From the NCBI RefSeq assembly GCF_009914755.1, contig NC_060926.1: a stretch of DNA of 64,000 nucleotides. The stretch is one strand, 5' to 3'. Position numbers and translations under genes: made by a program. Under the pieces are notes generated by a model. The model made no database searches. It worked only from the letters and a program-made list of their open reading frames with translations, and had not been told where the DNA came from. Source of the DNA: the human T2T-CHM13v2.0 reference genome, Homo sapiens. Below, piece after piece: positions 42,089 through 55,472 of this stretch (position 1 is the stretch's first letter; the number at the start of each line of letters is the position of its first letter).

Positions 42089-45000
42089 ATACACACATGA
42101 TGATGATAGATAATAGCTTTGTTGCATATTATTTGCTTTTATTGTACTTTGAATATGCGAGATCAATTATTTTCAATTATTAATTTTATGTTCTTTCAAG
42201 GCATAATAGATAATTAACACAATTAGCCCAATGGTCACTTATTTTGAAAATAGCATGAATATGGTCTAAAAGAATTGAGCGTTTTCCAAAATCACAGCTA
42301 ATGTACTTCATTGCATTGCTTATGGTTCTTGATAAAATCACGCAAACATAAGCAGTCTGATGTTATTTTTTTGTTTACAGTATTACTGTGTTGTTTTGGT
42401 TAACAGAATGAAAAACAGCACTGTAATACTACAAGTAAAAATGTTTTATTCTTAGTTTGTTTCATCAATAAAAGCTGACATTTTTGCAAGAAAGATGTTA
42501 TACTATTGAAATTAACTTTTAGTCAATTGTAAATGATTGTATTATATCGGTATGTTATCATGAAGATTAGAAATCATTTCCTACAGAATCATGTTTTTGC
42601 TTCCTCAGCACTGTTTCAATTGAAAGGAATTTGAATGAAGTGCATCTCATTACTAACATAAAGTAGATGGAGCTTGAATAATTTTTATATTTATTTTCCA
42701 TGGATCGCTATTACATTTCTTATCTATCCAAATTTTATAAAATAAATTGTTTTAATCCATTCTTTGGAGAGGAGCAATGAATTTATTTTTGCAAAAGCTA
42801 TGCATCTGAGTATATTGTAATATGCATAAAGCTCTGTTAACACAGTTATTTATATAAAAAGTGTAGCTGCCTTACCTTTTATTTAATTTACATACTTTAT
42901 TTGCTTTCTGACAGGTTCTTCTCTTTGCATTTTTATTTGCAAACCAAAAATGTCTTTTCAGATAAGTCAACTAAAACTTTGATGTACTGTATAATCTAAA
43001 ACTCTATAAAATGTTTTATGTATTGTATAGGTTTATATGAATTTTTAGACTGAGGATATAGAATTTTGGAACTATTTCATTAATGATTCCTATATGGTAA
43101 CACCATACTTCTTAAATATGATGATAGAGAATTGTCTTTTGTCTGAGATCATGTTTAGGAAAACCTACAGAACTTAAGCCCAGTCTGTTTCAAATAGAAA
43201 AACATATCTCTGGCTATTTTTAAGGGTTGTTATTTTTTCTCAAAATATGAACTTCACATAATATGAACATCTTAATCCTTAGAGAATTTGGTACATTTAC
43301 TGTAACCTTATACAAAAGATTCATATTTTTCTACTCAAATGTTGGAAACAATAAAAGTTGCCCTTGTATGTTTCATAAACTGTAACAGGAATCACCCACC
43401 AGTAAAGTAATAAGCACACGGTGTATCAATTCAAAGACGTCCAGTTTTAGAAATATAAACTTAATCCTCTTCCCCTCCCTTTTTTTTTTTTTGTATTTAG
43501 CTTTTGTAAGCATGGTTTGTATTTGCATAACCCACCATTCATATTCTTGTGAGTTCATGATATAAATAATTTGAAAAATTTCATTCAGTTCCCCAAATTA
43601 TTCTAGTCATTATGGATGATTCATGAGAGGATTAATCTCTTGGATGTGACATAAAACTAGAGAGGAAAGACACTACCTATCATATCATTTGCAGTTAAGA
43701 ACATGCTGCATATCTTTAAGCTTTACTTAAAGTGCTTATAGTAATTGGGTGTGCATGCCTTAGCTCCGTTAAAACCCAAACAGCAATATGGGAGAGTGTG
43801 GTTTGTTTTTTAAATGTGCAAGGAAGGAAAATTAGTGAAATCTGTTTAAGTCACAAAACTGCCTCATTCAGGACCCAATTCAGCAGCATGGAAAAAGTAA
43901 CTCAAGTTAACTGTACTCTTAGCATATGTCTAAGCTCACAAATTTCAATTCACTTCAAATTTCTTTCTTCTCCCATGGATCTGCCTGCAAAGAAAAGAGA
44001 TACAAAGATGGCAAACCGGTTCAACAGTTCATTAGCCCTAGATTCTCTTAGGGTTTTCAGAATAAAAACGTGTCCATTTGCAGACCAAATTCCTTTATGT
44101 GTTGGAATGGCAATGCGCCTCAAGAACTGTTTACGTTGCATTGTGGGCCTTCCTTTTTTTTCCCTCTTCACCCTCTACTCCTGCCACTGCCATACATGAT
44201 TACACACATGCATATGGAGTTAAGGGTATAATGTATTTTGATTTTATCCATGCAAGTAAAATTTGGTGGAGGAAACAAAACTAAGCTAATGAACAAAAGA
44301 TTTCAGAATTATACAGAGATTGTGGTTTAGTGACCTAAATTGCACCATAATCCTTTAAAGGATTACAGTATTTGGATAGGAAAAAAGATTTATCTTTCTA
44401 TAATGGCATCTCTGTATAAGAGGATATTATTGGATATGAGCTGCATGGTAGCAGCAGATATTTTTCTCCACGTCTTTCGGCAATTCAGAATAGTTCTCTG
44501 ATCCATCTGAGAAGTAGCACTGAAGAATTAGTCCTCATTTATAATCAAACATTCTTGAATAACATTTTCTTCCAATTTTTGTTTTAAAGGTCTAACATTT
44601 GATCGTATGTTTTCTTTAGTTAACTTTCTATATTATATGGCAATCTCTGCAGTTATTTTTTTCAAAGATAAAAAGAAAAAAAAAGCATGTTCAAAAATGT
44701 AGAAGTTATTTTTGCAGTAACGTATGTCATGATTTTTAAACATTCAGGCCTTTAAACTTTTTTTATAGTGTATGTTCTTGCCAATCCCAGCACAGTTCTA
44801 CAAAGTAAAATATTTGGCAGTGAATTCATATTAACAGATGGAACAAGAAATTAACACGTTTTTGCTTCGCTAATTCACAGTTCTTTTAATACGCTAATTC
44901 TAAATCACCTGTTCTGACTTTGACAGGCTACAGACACCTGTTTGGGGTAATATTCCACAGCTAATTATTACATGAGAAATTCAGTTTCCAACAAAAGAGT

Positions 45001-45396
45001 TTCTGTGTGAAATTGCCATTGTAGTTAACAAATTAATATCAACTATATACAAATACATTTCTGATGTCTTAATTTAAATACAGCTAATATACTACTCATC
45101 TATAACTAAAGAATGGTATATAAAAACTAAGACTGCCCTCTTAGTGTTTGAATTCTGTCTGTCACACTTTACACCATGGTTGCACTGATCAAGTCAGAAT
45201 GTTCTTCCCAGTAGCAGTAATTTACTGTAATACTGTATTTTAAATGGCAGGAAAAGAGTATAGAATTTTCAAGTGGCTGGAAAAATTCCTAACTGTATGT
45301 TAAAAATGACTCAGGAGAGTTAAAAAAGAAAAATACTGACAAGATGAGAGAGAAAAAAAGAAAAACTTAGCTTGGGTAGCATAATATGGAAGACAG

Positions 45397-45417
45397 AACA
45401 ATAAATAAACAGGAAGT
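45397..45417 (+). promoter_or_regulatory. SOX + FOX:ETS composite motif (candidate)
   Basis: AACAAT (45397-45402) next to TAAACAGGAAGT (45406-45417). Confidence 0.4.
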
Positions 45418-47649
45418 CCACTGCACTACCGAGTTTTTGAAGTATGACGGACTTACATGAAGTCCCATGAAGACTGTTGATTTGTTTGCTAAGAGAAAAG
45501 CAAGTAAACGATGCCAGATATTTTATGGATAGAAAATTAAATACCCGCTTCTTATAACTCAACAGAGTTATAACTTAATAGAGAAACTACTTCTATTTTC
45601 CACTAAACCCTGATTTTCTTTATCTTCTATATTGTTCTTAGTTATTCTGACATGGTCATTTCCCCTGTGTCACCTCAGACAACTTCCTTTAACACTAACT
45701 CCTTTCCCTGCCTCCAATTTCCCCCATAAAAACCATGCTACGGGAAAGTGTGGAGGCAAGGAGTGTGTGTATGGGAGGGTAGGTTGGTGGAACAAGAAGC
45801 AAAAATCAGAAACGTAAGGTTTTTAGATGTTTGTAACATAACGACAGATGCTGAGGTAGAGTCTATCTTTAGGTTTGCCAAAGGTTCCATTTTGTGTGTC
45901 TGTTTTTTGATTCTCTCTAATTGCTGTTCAGCTTTGTATGTGGCTTTGCTAATGTGTCTTCTGTAGCCACATTGTCGTTTCTTTAATTAACCTTGATATC
46001 CTAGTACCCAGATAGCAGAGTTCATCAAGCAGGCACTTGGAACTTTTAACATTCATGCTGTTGTACTTTGATTTTTAAGAGTTATTGTACAAAGTATATT
46101 TTTAAAATGCATTTTTATTCTGCGAGACTTAAGGTGGATGAGGAGAGGGCTTTTTTTTTTTTCTTGTTTTGTTTTTTGTTTTTACATTTAGCCTCCAGCC
46201 TCCTTGTAATTTTATTGTTTTTCTCCCAAATGCTACTCTAGAAAGCACATGGTCTTTCTCTCAAACCATGCTTTATGACATTGCTATTTGCAGAAATTTA
46301 ACTGGCAGCCCACCCCAGGAAGATAAAATCCTGTTTCATCCAAGTTTGGTTCCCTCCTACACCCACACCTGAAACTATATTTCTGCCAGAGCCTACATTC
46401 TGCTAAGGAAGAAACCAATCTTTTATAATACTTCAACATACGTGAATTTTATTTTATTTTTAATTAAAAAATTACATTTCTCATCCAAAAATGCTAGATG
46501 ACATTTAAAGCTAGAAAAGTGTTTCCAAATAACTCACCTTTACAATTAACTCTTATCAGGACCAGATAGTTATTTCACTGTACCAGGGCAAGCACATGGC
46601 TGGGATGAGGCTGGGCAGTGAAAGGCCTCCATGATGATTGTCACTCGATCTCTTGGCAACGTGCAGAAGCACATTATCCCACAGGATTTGCTCAGGGCTC
46701 AAAGTTTGTAAGAGAGTTACTGGTACATAATTGGAATGAGACCAGTTTTATTTTCAGTTAATAAGATGCTCAAAGATAAATGAAACTTCCTGGTTTTCAA
46801 GGGAGAAAAAAAAAGACTCTTAGGAAGCTTATACATCTCTTAAGTTTTTCCTGAAAACATTTTTAGACATACATTTGCTACCTCTAAAACAACTTGAATG
46901 AATTAGATCTAGATGATAATGGAAAATATTTAAGGTTTAATACTGAAAGGATAATGACCTTGCAAAAGTGTGTTTGGCAATTATATTCAATGTGAAATTC
47001 TTAAGAAAATTGCTCAAGATAATGAATGACATCACAACGCAATTTCACTCATCTGTCCTCAGTTAAAACACTTTGACAAATCAATTCATTAATAAGTAAA
47101 TCTAATATCCCTGTACTGTCCTACCTTAAATATACTCATTATATATAATGCAAGACAAAATTATGTAATTTTGCTATGGACTAATATATATGTACGTATC
47201 TTTATTTTTATGTATGTATGTGGGTATCCACACATACATACATATGAATACATTTTAGGGAGCCTATTTAATCCTTCAAGGAGGTTTGCAGATTACAATG
47301 AGTTCTTGCAGCAACAATTATATTTCACTTAATACTTTTCTAAGCAAGTAGAATTTTAACATATCAGCCTTTCATAAAACAGATTTATGTAACTAGCAGA
47401 TGCTATTAATTGATAATCACCATTTATAGCCTTATACATATTTTAAAATAGTTCCCTATACATATAACATTACGGTACTATATTTAGGGTTTTATTTATA
47501 GAATATATTTTAGAAGGAATTAGGTAGCTTTCATTTAAAAAATTTAATTTTCTTAATTTATCCTAGGCCAATTCTATTAATTTGTCATCTTAGAATCATG
47601 ATATTATTATAATAACAATAGCTTACTTTGATATACATGTGGCTCCCAA

Positions 47650-47796
47650 GCACAGCTAAACATAAGAATTGCTGGGATAATTTTTGAAAAATACAGATAC
47701 CAGAATACTAACTGTATTGCCAAGGAGTGGGACACAGCTGTCTGTATTTTATAAAAACTCCCCAGGTGCTCCTGTGCAGGATGGGAGAAAATGCTA
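47650..47796. mobile_element. MER5-family hAT remnant
   Basis: CATAAGAATTGCTGGG...AAAAATACAGAT...TCTGTATTTTATAAAAACTCCCCAGGTG. Confidence 0.65.
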
Positions 47797-47997
47797 TCAT
47801 TGCATAGTTTCTACTAGCCAGAAATAACAGTTACAGAATAATACTAATAACTATTACAGGAACAATACCACCAATAAGGACACCACTAAAATCTACTCTC
47901 TCCAACATTTTTTAACCTAAAAAATGACAAGTCGTGTTATATATTCCTGAATCACCTTAATCCTTTAAGAAATAAATATATATTAAATATTTATTTA

Positions 47998-48302
47998 GGC
48001 CTGGAGCAGTGGCTCGGGCCTGTAATCCCAGCACTTTGGGAGGCAGAGGCGGGTGGATCACCTGAAGTCAGGAGTTCAAGATCAGCCTGGCCAACACGGT
48101 GAAACTGCGTCTGTACTAAAAATACAAAAAATTAGCTGGGCGTGGTGGTGCGTGCCTGTATTCCCAGCTGCTCAGAGGGCTGAGGCAGGAGAATTGCTTG
48201 AACCTGGGAGGTGGAGGTTCCAGCTAGCCAAGATGGCACCATTGCACTCCATCCTGGGAGACAAGAGCGAAACTCTGTCTCAAAAATAAAAATAAAAATA
48301 AA
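47998..48302 (+). mobile_element. AluS (Sq/Sx-like), full length
   Basis: Dimeric Alu with (TAAAAA)n tail; TSD TAAATATTTATTT at 47984-47996 and 48303-48315. Confidence 0.97.
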
Positions 48303-48444
48303 TAAATATTTATTTGTAAGGATCAAATATTTTTTAATTCAAATTGTTCCAGACGGGGCATTATTTAAGAAAATCAGACTTTCCTCCTAGTTTAGGTAGG
48401 AAATCACCAACCAACCAATCAATCATCATCAAACCTTCCTGCAA

Positions 48445-48595
48445 AAATGCCATTCTCAAACAAGCAGTATTGACAACTGCTGAGATTTGTTAGAAATGCA
48501 GAATTTCAGGCCACCCTGGACCTACTGAATCAAAATCTGTATTCTGCCAAGATTTTCAGGCAGTTTGAATGCACAATAAAATTTGAGAAGAACTC
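48445..48595. mobile_element. MER5A hAT MITE
   Basis: TTGTTAGAAATGCAGAATTTCAGGCC...GACCTACTGAATCAAAATCTG...TTTGAGAAG. Confidence 0.85.
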
Positions 48596-48697
48596 CCCAG
48601 CACTTGTGTGTGCCCACATCCAAGCTAGGTGCTAGAGTACCCAGAAGCAATATAGGTGTGCAGAGATTTATCTTTGCCTGGCAGAATCTCGCTATTT

Positions 48698-48812
48698 GTA
48701 ATATATACATATATATTAAAATATATATAACATATATTAAAATATATGTTATATATTTTAAAACATATATTAAAATATATATGTTATATATATTTTAATA
48801 TATATAACATTA
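48698..48812. repeat. TA-rich low-complexity tandem repeat
   Basis: ACATATATTAAAATATAT units, about 3 copies. Confidence 0.85.
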
Positions 48813-48869
48813 TAGACTTTGGAGGCTTTCATTTGAATTTGCATTTGAGTCAAAGTCCTAATTCTGGCT

Positions 48870-49460
48870 ACTGTCTCTGATCCATCATGAGATTCTCTGA
48901 TCAATTCTGTCTCCAAATATGTAATCTCACTATAAGTATCAAACAATCTAATGCCTCAACCTTCAAAATGTAGCTAGAATCTCACCATTATTTCCAGCCT
49001 AGATTACAATAAATCACTTCCTAACTCAGTCCCTGCTTCTATATTCACTCCTCTTATAGTATATTTTCCAAAAGTAGTCAAGCTCAGTGACTTCAAAAGA
49101 CTTTAGGCTTATTGTTCCCATTCAAAATTGAACTTACGTAGTTATAGTTTATGTACTTTAGGTGTCTGCTCAAATGGTAGTGCCTCAAATAAACTTTTCC
49201 TGATTATTGCATTTAAACTAAACTTCCTGTCTATCCCTCTCTCTCTCTCTCCAACTTTACCCTGCATTTTCCTTTAGGGTCCTGTGGTCCTCATCACTCT
49301 TTGTAAGCAATTGTGTCATATTATTAAATAGTTGACTGCCTGTCTTCACTTGGAAATATAAGATCCAGAAAATAGACACTTTGTCTTTCTTGTCCCCCAG
49401 TGCCTATAAGAGTACCAGATAAAAACAGGAAGCAAATAAATAATTTATGAGTGAATGTTT
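48870..49460 (+). mobile_element. L2 3' region
   Basis: CCTAGATTACAAT...CCCTGCTTC; TAAGATCCAG...GACACTTTGTC...CCCCAGTGCC...AATAAATAATTTATGAGTGAATG. Confidence 0.7.
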
Positions 49461-49499
49461 AATCAAATTAGTGAGCTAGGATATTCAGTGCATGTGTGG

Positions 49500-50060
49500 T
49501 TATTCATTGAGTGTGAAGTGTATTCATTGAACACCTAATATATGTCACTATGGCAGACTAAAAAATGGCACATAAAATATATGCTTTTGAGAAATAAATA
49601 CATGAATAAACAATAGGCATATATTGCACAAAATAAATTCTTTGGGAGTTGAAGGATGATTTCAGTGGCATGAAGTAGAAGAAAGAAGACTTGTTTTGAG
49701 AAGTAGGTGATATAGTGATGACATTATCACAAGGGCAAATAGCAAGCTTTAGGGCTGAAATATCTAGAGTATTATGCGTGAAACAGCATACCTGTGGAAT
49801 TGACAGTTCATTAGAAAGACATCTAGTGACTAGCTTTTGGTGGCTTTACCTCCAAAACTGAGGAATTTGTACTGTATTCTGTAGATAATATTTTCGAGAA
49901 GATAGTTATGTGTTCATAACCGTGGTTTGGGGGGATTCATGTAAAGGCAACATACAGGATGGACTGGATTAAGAGGCTGCAAAGACAGATAACTGGTTAG
50001 GAGATTGCTCATCCGAAGCGGAAAGAATAGCCTGGGTGAAAGTGTGGTATTAGGAATTTA
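49500..50060 (-). mobile_element. L2 fragment, opposite orientation
   Basis: TATTCATTGAACACCTA...; GAGGAATTTGTACTGTATTCTGTAG...GGATGGACTGGA. Confidence 0.55.
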
Positions 50061-50122
50061 AAGTATTAAGTGAATTAATAACATTAAGTTTCAGAAAAGC
50101 AGATAGCATATTACTTGCATAG

Positions 50123-50500
<378 letters not shown>

Positions 50501-50799
50501 CATAAAACTTTCACACAGTCAGAACGATAAGGGTACTAATATAAGCTGTGTAGATAACAATCCTTCCAGTGATTATGGATATTATCATTTCCTGTTGATT
50601 TAAGGCTCAAATGATTTAGCATAGCAGTCTTGGCAATTATGAATCTAAAAACGGGAGTTTATTATCTTAGAAAAAGCCATCACTTCACTTCCAGATTAAG
50701 GGCCTTTTTTTTTTTTTTTTTTTTTTTTTTCGAACAGTCAATACAAGAGACAAGAATCTTTTCCTATATTCAAAAGCAACTTTCGTTTATTGGGTGGTA

Positions 50800-50980
50800 A
50801 ACTGCTTACAGGCACAAGTCTTTTAATCTTCATTGCTTCCTATTTCTGAGCAACAGTTTTCTTAACCCAACATGAGAATATTAAAATCGACCTGGTAGGA
50901 TCATGATGAGGGTTAAATGACATAATCTAAGTTAAGTCTCAGTCTCTATGCCTGAGTAGAAAGTCAATAAATACATGTTG
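50800..50980 (+). mobile_element. MIR fragment
   Basis: ATGAGGGTTAAATGACATAAT...TCAATAAATA. Confidence 0.55.
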
Positions 50981-51308
50981 CCTTCTCTTTCCCCCAGCAC
51001 CTAGAAAAGTATCTTGACAACATTAATGCTCAATAACTGCTTGCCAAATAAATGAATGTTGTTGAGTTTGCACTAACTAAATAATGACTTTTTAAACCAT
51101 TGACCAATAAGCATTCAAATGATCAGGTTCCGAAAACTCCCGCGCAAATATCTTATAGCAATGAACCTCAACTGCAGTCCTGAAATTTTTTCTTAATCTC
51201 TTCTAGCCCACAAATTTCTCTTCCTATAGATTTGTGTAGTTACCTACTTTTCCCCTTAATATTCATTTTAGCCATCTGTCTCCTATCTCCTAGACCACAA
51301 TTTGTTGA

Positions 51309-51732
<424 letters not shown>

Positions 51733-52454
51733 TAATGCTGTTAATTTCTATTTTAAATAACATAATATGTTCCCATATTCTGTGCTCCCCAACCCCTGTA
51801 TTCTCTCTTCTATTTATTCTTCTTTCCTACTTATTTTATGAAACTCTTTTCTGATCTGCACTATAAAAATATTTTCATCTCTTTGCCCATTTTGTCTGTT
51901 GCCCAAAGTATTATCTTCCTAATTGGATTAGAAAACTCATCTTTATAGGGCCTTTTATGTGTTCTGTGCACTTATGGTTTTCTGTAAACAAAAATAATAA
52001 ATAACAGGTGGAGAGCTAAATATATAACTCACTAGGAATGGAGCATTTCAAAGAAGAGGAAAAGGCTATGTCAGAAACATTCTACATAGAGTACACCAAG
52101 ATCGGTAAAAATGTAAATGGTCTTCAACTGTTACATTTAATAGACTAAGTCATGCTGTTTATTAATCATAAAAAGTAAACATTTCTACTTATCTACATTT
52201 TTTCAGAAAGGTATTGTAATAAATATTATTGTAAGTGTGTGTGTCTGTGTTGTACCACCAAACATGAAACGTCTCCTCTGTCCTCATCTCTACCCAGTTC
52301 TTGGTAGGTAGAGAGACAGATGGACTCAATGAAAGATAATTAAAACTATGGGGAACTTGCTAATATAAACTACATGACCTGATTAGGATTCTTTAGCTGC
52401 ATCAATTCTGTCTTCCCATATTTTAAGTCCTACCAGACAAAGGAGGGGCCAGGA

Positions 52455-52652
52455 CAGTGGTGGGCTGGAGCTGGCTGCAGAGCTGATTGTGCACATCTCT
52501 TCTGAACTCCACATTCCATGACATAATGTCAGCCCTAAACTGGCCGCAATGGGAATATTCACAGTAGGGAAATTGATAAATGCCACAAATCAGGACTTCC
52601 CCCCGCCCCCCGCCCCAGAGATCCTATGATAAACATTTATTTGCACAGCATT
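52455..52652. mobile_element. MER63-like hAT MITE
   Basis: CAGTGGTGGGCTGGAGCTGGCT...GGGAATATTCAC...GGAAATTGATAAATGCCACAAATCAGG...TAAACATTTA. Confidence 0.7.
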
Positions 52653-52731
52653 CACCCAGGGCCCAGAAATTTGGGGCAAACATATGCTGCAAGTCACTTG
52701 ACTATAATTGAGAGAAAGCAGTAAGAAGACC

Positions 52732-52795
52732 CTAGAATCTAACTGGGCTAAGCAAAGCGGGACGCTACAATCTAACTGGGCTAAGCAAAGGGGGA
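52732..52795. repeat. 33-bp tandem duplication
   Basis: CTA(G/C)AATCTAACTGGGCTAAGCAAAG(C/G)GGGA at 52732 and 52765. Confidence 0.95.
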
Positions 52796-53030
52796 ATTCA
52801 GGGATGAATCAACAAGATGCTGCTCCGGGAGAAAAGATCATAGCAAAGAGTTAAAAATGAGACTAGACAGGGAAGCTTGGGAAAATTCTCCCAGCAAAAA
52901 TAGGGTAACTGCATGTTCTTTGTATTGGATAGTTGCGTCCCCTGGTGGGTTAGAGAGGGAGGTTAATGGATTGGGTTTTTAAAGCCCTAAAGTGAACAGG
53001 ATGAGGTTTTAAATAAAAAGTGACTCTTTA

Positions 53031-53079
53031 AGATTCATATTGCTGCAGAGCTTTGCGTGCTCTGCAGCAATGTGACTCT
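53031..53079. repeat. Inverted repeat, 21-bp arms (19/21 match), 7-nt loop
   Basis: AGATTCATATTGCTGCAGAGC-TTTGCGT-GCTCTGCAGCAATGTGACTCT. Confidence 0.95.
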
Positions 53080-53454
53080 ATCAGGTAACAACAGATGTAC
53101 CTGGTGAGACTAGATTTCTGTACTTAGGTACAGCTGTTCCTAGCTGTAACACCACCTTGCAGCCAGCACCAGGCTTTTGCCCGGGGCCTAACAGCCTCCA
53201 CTTCCTATGGGGGGATTCACAGCCACGGCCCTTGGATAGTCATGGGTACCCCTGGATGCCTGGATGCCTACCCTGGCTCTCAGGGCCCACTACCATTTTC
53301 CTGGTATCCTGAGCATTTTCACAGGGGAAGAGCACAGTTTCAGAATGAAGATCGTGTGAATGTGGAAAAGAGGAAAAAGGCCTCAGAGAACTAGAACAAG
53401 CACACTCAAGTGTATACAAAACATATAAACACATGGTAACTGCCCCAGTCCAAT

Positions 53455-53885
53455 GTTAGGTCATGGAAAGTATAGGACCTTTTATATTGCAAGTGACAAA
53501 AGCTCAACTCAAACTTGTGGAAGCATAAAAGGGAATAAACTGACTTAAGTCCCTTTGCTCTCCTCTTGTCCACTGGTTTTATTTATAAACAGTTTTGCTC
53601 TCATAGTCGGTTCACACAAATGTGCTCCTCCTTAGCACTCAGGCAATCAGCTAATAGGAGAGAGTGCTTACTTCTGGTAACTTCCGGGGGAAAGTCCTAA
53701 GAGGGCTGTTCACTGGCCTTGCCGTGGTCACCTGCCCTTCCCTGAACCAATAACTATGAGCAGAGAAATAAAATTTTCTTCTGGACTGAGATCCTCTGCC
53801 AGACATGGAGAAGGGCCTGGGCCCCATAATCTGAGAGTACTTCCTCCAAGGAAGGAGTGCAAGTTAGCTAGAGAGAGACATCTAT
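53455..53885 (-). mobile_element. MLT1K-like MaLR LTR
   Basis: TTGCAAGTGACAAAAGCTCAACTCAAACT...GGTCACCTGCCCTTCCCTGAACCAAT. Confidence 0.65.
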
Positions 53886-53890
53886 TACAA

Positions 53891-54127
53891 TTCTTTAGTT
53901 TTGTTTTTGAGACAAGGTCTTGCTCTGTCACCCACTTTGGAGTGTAATGGCACTGTCACAGCTCTCTGCACCCTCAATCTTCTGGGCTCAAGCCACCTCC
54001 CACCTCAGCCTCAGAAGTAGCTGGGACCACCGGGTACACACCCTGCTACATTTTTGTGGAGACAGGTCTCTATGTTGCCCATGCTGGTCTTGAAGCCTTG
54101 GCCTCAAGCAATCCTCCTGCCTTGGCC
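53891..54127 (-). mobile_element. AluJ, degenerate and 5'-truncated
   Basis: GAGACAAGGTCTTGCTCTGTCACCC...TGGGCTCAAG...TATGTTGCCC...GGCCTCAAGCAATCCTCCTGCC. Confidence 0.9.
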
Positions 54128-55384
54128 ACAATTATCTTCCTAATGGAGTCGTAGGGGACTTGCTGATAACCTCCGTAAGTAGATACAAGCTCTAATAATA
54201 ATCACTCTATCTAGATGATTACTTCTTTTCTTGCTAATTTTCATCTTTCCTGGATTCTATGCCTTTTAAAATTTCTCTCTCCTGCACATACCCAGTGTTC
54301 TTTATTTCTACTGTTTTTGGAACAGTTCCAATGAGGCCGCTCAACCACTCCCTGCCACGCCCAACTGCAGATCTGTATCAGAGTTGAGCACTCTCAGTGG
54401 CTGGACTCCTAAGCAGTTTGTTTCTGTCAGGCTGACTGATGGCACTTAGGAGATACTATGTTGATTTGCCAAGAAAATCCGTGATCTAAGTAGAAGGGGC
54501 TGCTTTCTTAGCATAAATAAGCTAATACATTTACTATTTAAGGTGTTACTTTTATTCATAATTAAAAAGTTTAATCAGAGAGTGGGCTACCTTCTCGGTA
54601 ACTCTCTAGAGCCCACCGTAAGTAGCTTGTGAAATGAATGGCACAGAAATAATAGAACAATGATAGTTAATCTAAAATGCCATGATGGATTTCCTACTAA
54701 ATGTAGAAATACAATAATGTAATAACAACAAAAGGGATATTCTTAATAATAGCAAGTAACCACAAAATTAAACATTTTCCTTTAGTTAGAATTTTGAGGC
54801 TTAAATAAGTTTTGAAGTTTTCCATTTTAAACTGTTGCCTGATGGGAAAAACCAAAAGTCAGCATTACCGTGGATAGAATGACCTCAGGATCTAGCCTAA
54901 TTATTGCTGTTACTGAATTGTTTGTTTACTTCCCGTCTGAGTTGCATGATGCTTCGATGTGGTACTGGATTAGAGAAGGAGGAGGAATTCATGAGTGAAA
55001 TGTTTGTCCTGATAACTGGGAGAATGGCTAAGGTGAAGGTTTAATGTTGTAAGTAAGCAACACTATTCCATTTGCAATGATATGAACTTAATTCCTTATC
55101 TTTTAATGTTTGTACTTTTAATTATCAACCAACTGGTTGTCTGTCTTAGACTAATGAAAATTAGGTGACTTTGGAAATAAAGTTTGGTGCTGAATAGTTA
55201 AAAGCTTGTATCCATCTGTCCCTCCCTTGACCAAAGCTTCCAGTTTGCCTAGGACTCTCTTGGGTTGATGTATGTTTTTCAGTGTACTTTTTACTTTGTG
55301 CCTCCTTGCATAAATTGTTTTTATTTAGAAAATGTAGATAAGCTACGTTTATGTTATGTGTGAGAGTGTTTCACAGATTGAGAA

Positions 55385-55472
55385 GGAACACGTACAGGTT
55401 TGTTACATGGGTATATTATGTAATGCTGAGATTTGGGCTTCTAGTGAACCCATCACACAAATAGTGAACATG
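55385..55472 (-). mobile_element. L1PB/L1PA16-like 3' end fragment
   Basis: CAGGTTTGTTACATGGGTATATT...TGCTGAGATTTGGG...CCCATCACACAAATAGTGAACAT. Confidence 0.75.

Noticed and set aside
43732-44199. 155-aa ORF in apparently unique DNA
   Set aside because: GTG start, no recognisable domain or coding bias, no supporting exon structure; plausible by chance
52598-52617. C-run with G-quadruplex potential (also the G-rich tracts in the L1 3'UTRs)
   Set aside because: Lies within repeat elements; generic feature
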